Origin: the human T2T-CHM13v2.0 reference genome, Homo sapiens
Reading direction: 5' to 3' (one strand)
DNA: 64,000 nt
NCBI RefSeq assembly: GCF_009914755.1
Contig: NC_060933.1
Positions 55,190 to 64,000 of this stretch are shown here, piece after piece. The position numbers were made by a program, and so were the translations under genes. Within the stretch, counting starts at the first letter, position 1; the number at the start of each line of letters is the position of its first letter. The notes under the pieces were generated by a model. The model was not told where the DNA came from and ran no database searches. It saw nothing but the letters and a program-made list of their open reading frames with translations.

Positions 55190-55401
55190 CAGAGATCAGC
55201 GAACTTTTTTTGCAAAGAGCCCAATAGTAAATATTTCAGGTATTGTGGGCGTTAGGTCCTTGTTGCAACTATTCATTTCTGCTGTTGTAGAGTGAAAGGT
55301 GTCATAGATAATACATAAATATGGCTGTATTCGAATAAAATTTTATCCTCAAAAATAGACTGGTCAGATTTGGCCTGTGGGTCATAGTTTGCTGACCCCT
55401 G
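55190..55401 (+). mobile_element. MER58A hAT MITE
   Basis: CAGAGATCAGCGAACTTTT...ATAGTAAATATTT...CATAGTTTGCTGACCCCTG. Confidence 0.88.
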
Positions 55402-55902
55402 ACTTACAGATTTATCCTTTAGTTCTTTTGGTTGGATCACAAATGAATTCCTGGAAGAATGTCTGATGGGTATATGGGAAAATAAAGACTAGAGTATCTT
55501 ATGATGGCCTTGTTGGGAAAAATTGTAAAAGGTTTTGAAAGGAGCAAAAAAGATAACTGGGTCTTTTTAAATAGAAAGCTAGACATTTCCTAGAACATTC
55601 TCCATAGTTGTGTGATTTCCTGGGGTCTCTTTCATCCGCTTTGAGTAGCTTTACAATGCTGTAACTTATAGAAAACTGAGTAATGCAAATTATTCCTGTC
55701 CATAGACATGCGAGTGAACTTTGTCTAATGGAGAGGCGCTTGATTTCCCTCCCTTCTCCAAAGAAGCAAGTTTTATATCTAAGGAAATTATTTTTACTTC
55801 AGCATTATTAAGGGCCTAAGTGTAAATCTGCATTTTGGATTCTTTTTTGAACTGATTCTAACATCTTACTGGTTCCCTCATTAATTAATGACTTGCAGAT
55901 AA

Positions 55903-56576
<674 letters not shown>

Positions 56577-56628
56577 TGAAAGCAATTATTCTTTAATAGC
56601 CAGGAAAGGAGAGAGGACACAGAGAAAG

Positions 56629-57169
56629 TGTGTTGGGCATCTCTTGTGCATCACTTCAGATGTTTCTTGGCCACCTACCTCTCACTCCAATCACTGCTGC
56701 CCTTTCCTACAGGTGCAGTGAGACAGGTCCTGGCCTCAGGCCCACACTGCATCCCCTTCCCTTCCTGGCCTTCGGTTTCTCTGATATAGTGACCCTGAAC
56801 TCATTTATACTCAACTTGGAAATGTAGGGGGTTAATACCAGTGGGGCCACACGTGGTCAACCAGGAATGAGAGACAATAGATAAATGTTTTCCGCTTTCC
56901 TCTGCTTACCCGCCACCCCCAAACCCTGGCCACCATCCAACCAGCTCCGAGATGCATTTCAGAAAGGTCCATAGTTGGCCATGACAGGATGACCACCCCT
57001 GTCGTTCACTGGGGTCAACTTCATAAAGCATACCTGCCGTGGCTCTGCTTCCTTCTGTTTCTTTCTAGCTCACCTGCTCTCTTGCTTCCTAGGATTGTAA
57101 TCCCAAGTTAACTACCTGCATGCAAGCCTCTGTCTCAGGCCCTACTTTTAGGGAACTCAGGCGAAGACA
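56629..57169 (+). mobile_element. LTR16A-like ERVL solo LTR
   Basis: GGGGTTAATACCAGTGGGGC; ACTACCTGCA.GCAAGCCT.TGTCTCAGGC; ends GGAACTCAGGCGAAGACA. Confidence 0.78.
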
Positions 57170-57773
57170 TGCAGAGGCCTGCACTTGAATTGTTTGTTGG
57201 GACAAGGATTCACAGTGTTTCCTGGAGGCTAATTGACCCTGAGCAGGACAATCAAAAGTGAACGCTGTTGGAAAAATGCTGTCCGGGAGGAATGTTTGCT
57301 GGGACGACGGGGTCCCCACAGAAAGAGATTGCATATGGTGTACAAATAGAGCGTAAGGATTGAGGTGGAGTGAAAGAAACAAGCTTGAAATTGCATCCCT
57401 CACACTGGGGAAATGGTCTAGTGGGGAGATCTCTGAGGAGGAGATGAAAACATTTACAGTGAACCCCACAGAAGAGCCAGAGTTTGAATGACTGCTTTGC
57501 AAGAGCTATTAGGCATATAAAAAAGAACTATAAAAAAGCATCAGCCAAGAAAAAAGCTTATTCCACTTACTGCTCTTGACCGTGGAGGAGCCACAGCCAA
57601 CAGGATGAGTAGGTGAGGAGCTGGATTAAGGACAGGGAGAGAAGAGACCATGCCTCCTCTACTGTCCACTCATGGTCTGAGAAATGGTGGGTTCAGATTA
57701 GGGGTACAGGACGGGAGAAGTTCTTAATTGCTAAAGAGATTGAAGTTTTGATTTGGACTGGATTGGATTTTTC

Positions 57774-58060
57774 TTTTTTTCTGAGACATAGTGTTGCTCT
57801 GTCGCTAGGCTGGAGTGCAATGGCGTGATCTTGGCTCACTGCAATCTCTGACTCTTGGGTTCAAGTGATTCCCCTACCTCAGCCTCCTGAGTAGCTGGGA
57901 CTACAGGCACATGCCACCATGCCCGGCTAATGTTTTGTATTTTAGTAGAGATGGGGTTTCACCATGTTGGCCAGGATGATCTCAATCTCCTGACCTCATG
58001 ATCCACCCACCTCTGCCTCCCAAAGTGCTGGGATTACAGGTGTGACCCACCGTGCCCAGC
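57774..58060 (-). mobile_element. AluSc-like
   Basis: TSD TGGATTGGATTTTTC / TGGATTGGACTTTTC. Confidence 0.93.
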
Positions 58061-60404
58061 TGGATTGGACTTTTCAATATCTGAAAATGAAACTCTTTCA
58101 GTGCCTAAAAATGACTGAAAATCTGTAGAATCTACCTCAGGTATTGTCAATGAACAGGGAATGAAAAGCTGATGGTATTTAAGATGGTCTTTCTTGAGTT
58201 TGTCCCATTTGAGAAACCAGTTACAGCAGTGCTTTAACATCTCTGGTTTTATTTTTCCTGTCTTTAAGATGGGGATACCAAACCTATCTTATAGTTTATT
58301 TGTAAGGATTCAGATGCTTGGTGTGGTGTATGTTGACTAACTGATTCACTAAAAGAGAGAATGAAGGCACATACTTGCCCAGGCTGTGGCTGTTTTTAAC
58401 TTCATGATGAGACTCCATTGGACAGATATTTTTACTCTTCGAGTGATCTCAACTCAAATGATCATCATCAAATTTTGCCACCTTCCAACTCTTACAGACT
58501 TTCTTGCTTTAAATACTGTCTAAATCATGAGTGTCCCTTTCTCAGGTAACTCAATTGGATAGATAGGATATTTTGATTGTGGCTTGGATGACATTGTTTC
58601 AGTTTCTGTATTATTCCATCAGGGTAGCCCAACACTTTTCCCATCATTTTTTCCTGATGCTCCTCTGTGTAATTTCCCCATTGTTACCTAAGAACATTAA
58701 GGAACATTTCTGCCAAACTTAGCAACAGTATTAGTAAGGAGCAAGGGGCTGCAGTGGAAATTTTTTATTCTCAAATGCTCTACCCTGAAGAATTGACTGC
58801 TGGGAGCATATACGTAAATTTCTGCTTAAAGTCATAAGATGTTATTTGTCACTCAATCAAAATAAAGATGTCATTTTTAAGATGAATTTACAGAATTGCC
58901 AGAACTTAATTTTTCTGAGTGAAGCAGGAGATGCCTCCCTCTTTGCTCCACTGTGCTTCTGACTTACACTTTGTTCTTGTGTTTTTACCTTGCTGAGAGA
59001 AGCGTATGACAAAGGATTTTGTCTGGGGACTGTGGCCAAGTATGACTTGAGAACATTTTCCAAAACCTCCACTATCAACAGGAGATTATCTCCTCACCCC
59101 CACCTCTGCCATTGTCTCTTCCATCTGAATTTACTTTGTACATTTTTTTTTCCAGAAGAGAGAATAGTCTCATTTGGGAAATCATAAGAAAAAAATTCCT
59201 TCTGTGATGTTGGTGATTATACCAATTGCCCATAAAGCATTTACAGAAGAGCTATGCATATCCTGTCTTTAATTCCTGGAGTGTGCAGAGTCTCACCAGC
59301 AATAGCACATCTCCCACCAGGCTTGATCCAAATATGTGCCTGTCTCCTTTGAGGCAGAGAGGAAGTCTAGAAAATGACATGTCTATTTGGGTGACTGGTG
59401 ACTGTGTGGAAGCATATATAGCAGCAAGTCTCCAGTAGGGTTGGCCTTTAGCAAAATATCCAAGTCACAAACATTTGGCACAGGTACATTTTGGTTATTA
59501 TTTTAGCTTGCTTTTTTCTAAACCCAATCCCAACCTCACTTCCATGTGTCCCAAGCTGCTCATGGTGCCTTGCTGTCTTCTCAGTCCTGCTACCTTTAAG
59601 AGGATGGTGGCTGGCCACACAGTCGTATATACTTTGTTGGAAATTGCTGACAATATATTCTAAGGTTATTGTTTATACAGGTAATTAATTTAAACAGGTA
59701 ATTATTTTTCATATACCCCCTTCTTTTTCTTTATATTATTTTAAATTATAGAAAATACATGCTTTTTGTAAAATGTTACACTGATACAGAAGAAGATACA
59801 ATAGAAATTGAACATCCTCTTTTATCTTCTCTCTCACTCCTCAATCACACACTCTTACCCAGAAGTAACCACATTTAAGAATTGATGTCAGTGGTCTATA
59901 CTTCCTTTTCAGCTATTGTTTTTGACCTTCTTTTACTTAATTGAATATTTATTATCATGCCTACGGGAAAATAGATGAACACATTTAGAATGATATCTCT
60001 TGAATGTGGATATTTATGTGAATATTAGCGCAGGTTTGGTGGAGGGTAAAGAGCTATACTGTACCTGAATTCTAGCTTCTTTTGAGAGCTTTCCATTAAT
60101 TAGGACAGGCCAATGTTTCCCCAGTTACCATGGCTAACTCAGTGCTGACTATCATACAGATTGGTTTTACAGATTATAACATTGGATATCAGCTTTTAAG
60201 AAAGATTATTTTAAAGAGTTTCCTTGTATTCTACGGTAAGAGAAAGACCCAATTGGGAGAATAAGAATGAGGTAAGGAATCTGAACTGACACCAAAATGA
60301 AAGCCTGTGTGCGGTGAGAAGCATTCAAATAATTTTTTAATGAACTGGTTCCTTTGACTTATTTTAAGATCTATATGTAGGGGGTAATAAATGCATGACA
60401 GGAA

Positions 60405-60950
60405 TAGAATAGATGGAAAAAAATCAAACGAGATTCTGCCCCATTAGTTATGACTGACAAGGAAAAGATAATAGCCAAAATGCAAATGGAGTTTGTTAGC
60501 AGAGGGAGATAATGATAATGGGACTTTTACAAATATATCAGGGAAGAAATAGATAAAAGTTTTAAAAAAGTTCAATAATCAGTAGAGATGGGCATAACAT
60601 GAATGACTCTAAAATGGCTGAGCTTCTAGTGTTTAAATTCTGTAATTATGAAAAGAAATAAAGAAGGAGAGTTTAGACCACTGATGAATAATGAAGAAAA
60701 TTACAAACATGGCTGCCAAAAATGCAGGTAAGTGACAGTCTGTACTTGGAACTTAGATATATCAGCACATCTGGTTGGTATGCCTCCTCTTGGGTAATAC
60801 GAGAATTAGCTACTGTGTTTACCAAACTACTTATGATGCATAATTTTTATAAGATAATTGTGCTGATTTAACATGAACTAAATATCTAAATGCATTGAAC
60901 TCTGGAGCTGCCAATTTTCAAAGAAAGAAAGGAGGGAAATTTGAGTAACA
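60405..60950 (+). mobile_element. CR1/L3 LINE ORF2 fossil (region between endonuclease and RT)
   Basis: Manual translation gives collinear motifs RWKK...KEKIIAKMQME, FYKYIR, DSKMAELL, VIRELATVFTKLL and LPIFKERKEG. These correspond to CR1 KWK...DKIRKAKAQ.E, FYKYI, D.EKAELLN, VLRELADVIAKPL and VPIFKKGKKE. Confidence 0.65.
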
Positions 60951-61471
60951 AATATTTGAAGGCACCAGCTCCATGGTTTTACTCTTTAAATTGACCCCTT
61001 TCCACTATTAGCTCAGAAGGCCAATAGTTGAAAAGGATTATGCATAATCCCTTATCTGATGTGAATTTAAGCTAAGAAAATGTAGGCGCATTCTTCATCT
61101 CATTTCATTCTCTCTCTTATTTGTAAAAAGAGAAAAAAGCTGTGTTCATTTATTAAACTCAGGGAAATAATATGGAAGATTGTCTAGTCTCCAAAGCATG
61201 TCTCCACAGAGGGATCAATTGAAATATGGGAGAAAAACAGTAGTGCTTCTCTTTGTCTCTTAATCTTCTACTTCTATTAATATATTCTCCAAAATGAGAA
61301 ATGAACTAAATTTACTGAAATTTAATTTATTGGTTGGCTTGGATATATTTATTTCAGTGTTCCACAAAAGAGGAGATGTTGGTAGACGATTGATGATTTG
61401 CTTGCTTTCAGCATCTTGCAACATTTTATAGCCAATCTGTTAAGTGATTCTATTTTGTAAAAGTAAGCAGT

Positions 61472-61765
61472 TAATTTTTTAGAAATGGGGGTCTCACTCT
61501 GTTGCCCAGGTTAGGCTGCAGTGGTGCAGTCATAGCTCACTGCAGCCACAAACTCCTGGGCTCAAGTGATCCTCTCACCTCAGCTTCCCAAATAGGACTA
61601 CAAGCATGTGCCACCATGCTTGGCTAACTTTTTCTTTTTGAATTTTGTAGAGATGGGGTCTTGCCATCTTGTCCAGGTTGGTCTTGAACTCCTAGGCTCA
61701 AGCCATCCTCCTGCCTTGGCCTCCCAAAATGCTGGGATTATAGGTATGAGCCACCTCTCCCAGCC
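61472..61765 (-). mobile_element. AluJ
   Basis: TCATAGCTCACTGCAGCC; GGGCTCAAG. Confidence 0.92.
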
Positions 61766-62137
61766 TTATGTGGTTTTATAGACAATGTTACCTTGTGTGC
61801 ATCTCAACCTTTAGATGGCGAGGTGGATTAAAAGCTTCTTGCAAAGATACCAAAAATAAAATATGTTAGTAACAATGATGTAAGCAACAGGCAAGCATCA
61901 GAAAAAAAGGAGACAGAGCTGACATTTTTGCTACCCCCTACAATATGAGTTCATGGTTAGCCACTTAAGAAGTAAAAGCAATGAGAATCTAATTATCTAA
62001 TTCTTAGACATAAAGCTGCAAAATTTTCAAGAAGACCTTTTGACATGTGAATTTATACCCATAACAAAGGTATTAGCTACTAATAGTATGAAGTCGTCAT
62101 GATTGGCAGAATGTTTATAAGTAGTTTTATCTAACTT

Positions 62138-62561
62138 TGCTATAGTTTGTTTTGTTTCAGTCCTCCAAATCTCATGTTGAAATTTGATCCCTACTGTTGT
62201 AGGTGGAGCCTAATGTGATGTGTTTGGGTCACGAGGGTGGATCTTTCACTAATGGCTTGGTACTGTCCTTGAGGTTGATGAGCGAGTTCTTGCTCTATTA
62301 GTCCCCCAGAGAGCTGGTTGTTAAAAAGAGGCCCCACCTCCCCCTTCTCTTGCTCCCTCTTTCTTGCTGTGTGATCTCTGCACATGCCTGCTCTTGTTTG
62401 CTTTCTGTCATAAAAGAAAGCAGCCTGAAACCCTCATGAGAAGCAGATGCAGGTGCCTTGCTTCTTGTACAGCCTGCAGAATGGTGAGCCAAATAAACCT
62501 CTTTTCTTTATGAATTACACAGCCTCAGGTATTTATAGCAACACACAAGTGAACTAACACA
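62138..62561 (+). mobile_element. MSTB-like solo LTR
   Basis: TGCTATAGTTTG...CCAAATCTCATGTTGAAATTTGATCCC; TSD-like AACTT / CACTT. Confidence 0.9.
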
Positions 62562-62898
62562 CACTTTATTTCATCTTTTAAATTTTCTAAATTTGCTGCG
62601 TATAAGATGTATAAATAAGTATCTATATTTCTGGAATGCTTGCTAAACATTTATTGATGGCATGCTGAATTAAAAATGCTTGAAGATCACTGTATGTGAG
62701 AATGCATTTTAAAAAGAGTTGCTGTAGTGATTCCCCAAGGAGTGCTCTATAAAGTGTATGTGTGTTTATTACCTTATATGTCATATTTAGGTGTAAATTT
62801 CATGTACACAGTTTGCAATTGCTAAATTCCTGTGCCTTTCAATGAATTCTTCTACAGGTTGGTCATGGAATTTTCTGTTCTTCCATGGTGTGGAAATA

Positions 62899-63432
62899 TG
62901 TGAAGACCAACCAAAAGCAGAGACTCTTTATTCAGAGATTGTTATAGCAAGGGAGTCAGCTACCATTGCCTGCATTTTAGCAAAGACTTAAAGGCAGGAA
63001 GAAGGGTAGGAAAGCTCTATAGTGGAAAAAAGGGAAGGGTTCAGGTATATTCTGACTGACGGTTGTTGGCATGGGGAAGTTGGTAGGCAGGCTAACTAGA
63101 AGTGGGGCATCCTATGTGATTGGTTAGGGGTACGTATTTGGCTTTGTCTGGTTGATCTTAAGTTAGAAATGGGGACAGAAATGAGGGAAGCTGTCAGGTT
63201 AACCAAATTCTTGCCATTTTTTGCTGTTATAGAAGTTATCATTAAGCTTCTTGGATTGTTACTAGAGATAGGAGTCTGACTTCCTACAAGTCTGATTTAT
63301 ATTAGGCTGGCTTCCTGGATTGCTTTTGATAGGTAAAGAGTTGGTTTCCTGGGCAGGTTGCTTCAGGTTGTGGGTCAGCATTCTACTTTTACTTATGGTC
63401 CAGCCATTGTCCATTTGTATATTTATCTCTCA
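62899..63432 (-). mobile_element. ERV1 solo LTR (MER89-like)
   Basis: TTTATTCAGAG..TATAGCAAGGGAGTCAGC; ends CCATTGTCCATTTGTATATT..TCTCTCA. Confidence 0.7.
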
Positions 63433-64000
63433 GTGCCTGTTTAGTTTTATGATGCTCCCTCTATGACTCTGCTTAAAAATGCCTTCCAAGATTTTGCATT
63501 AGTACTTTCTGTTTTGACAGTTTGCTAAAAATTATACAAAATGATTTAAAATAATTTCCACCTTCTGAATGTTGCACAACGAAGACAATAGCGCTGAAAT
63601 CACTGCTCTGGATACTGCTGGGTGCATGTTAATTCTTTCCAGCCTTTGGGGAAGTAGATCTACAGCATCTATAAAGCTCTGTTCCAGAGGGTCTCTGGGG
63701 TCTTCCTAATGCTGGGCCTAAGTAGAATAAGTGTGCTAAAAAAAATTAAGTATATTCCACTCACAGGTGCCCAGCTTCAACTATAAAGATGTTTATTCCA
63801 AAAGGCAAAGTTCTTCTCATTTTCTTAGGATAAATGTATCAAATTGAGATAAAAATTATATTGCTTATTAAGAAAAAAGAACATTTTAAAAATACCAATT
63901 TTAAAATCTATTGAAATCACCATGCACCTTGGTTCTTAAACAAGTATTTATTAAATTTTATTAAATATATTAAAAGTTTTAGCAATACTTTCTCATGAAA

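Noticed and set aside
61808-61821. Partial CTCF-like motif CCTTTAGATGGCGA (similar partial matches near 30138 and 43060)
   Set aside because: Several mismatches; not distinguishable from chance without a PWM scan or ChIP data.

Overview
Primate (almost certainly human) genomic DNA with no intact protein-coding exon that I can support. Bases 1 to ~1190 look like the end of a long, U-rich 3' UTR on the + strand, with two ATTAAA signals, a GU/U-rich downstream element, a Pumilio element and adjacent miR-124 and miR-15/16 seed matches. I have only a weak recollection that this is the CREB5 3' end; that is unverified. The remaining ~63 kb is intergenic and dominated by transposon relics: about 22 Alus, an internal L1PA ORF2 fragment, several old L1M/L2/MIR pieces, a complete THE1 (MaLR) provirus nested in a Charlie1 hAT transposon, several solo LTRs and hAT MITEs. 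Nearly all listed ORFs are repeat-derived or chance. The most notable observations are: two CR1/L3 ORF2 fossils whose protein is still legible, plus a possible CR1 ORF1 GDSL remnant; a perfect 17-bp palindromic Maf recognition element; an AP-1 cluster; an NRF1-like pair with a hairpin; a full CRE in a CpG-retaining patch; two loci where two different Alus used the same target site; a fold-back AT-rich minisatellite; and near-perfect recent tandem duplications. I found no evidence for a novel biological system. Repeat subfamily names come from recalled consensus sequences, boundaries were read by eye, and both need Dfam/RepeatMasker confirmation.
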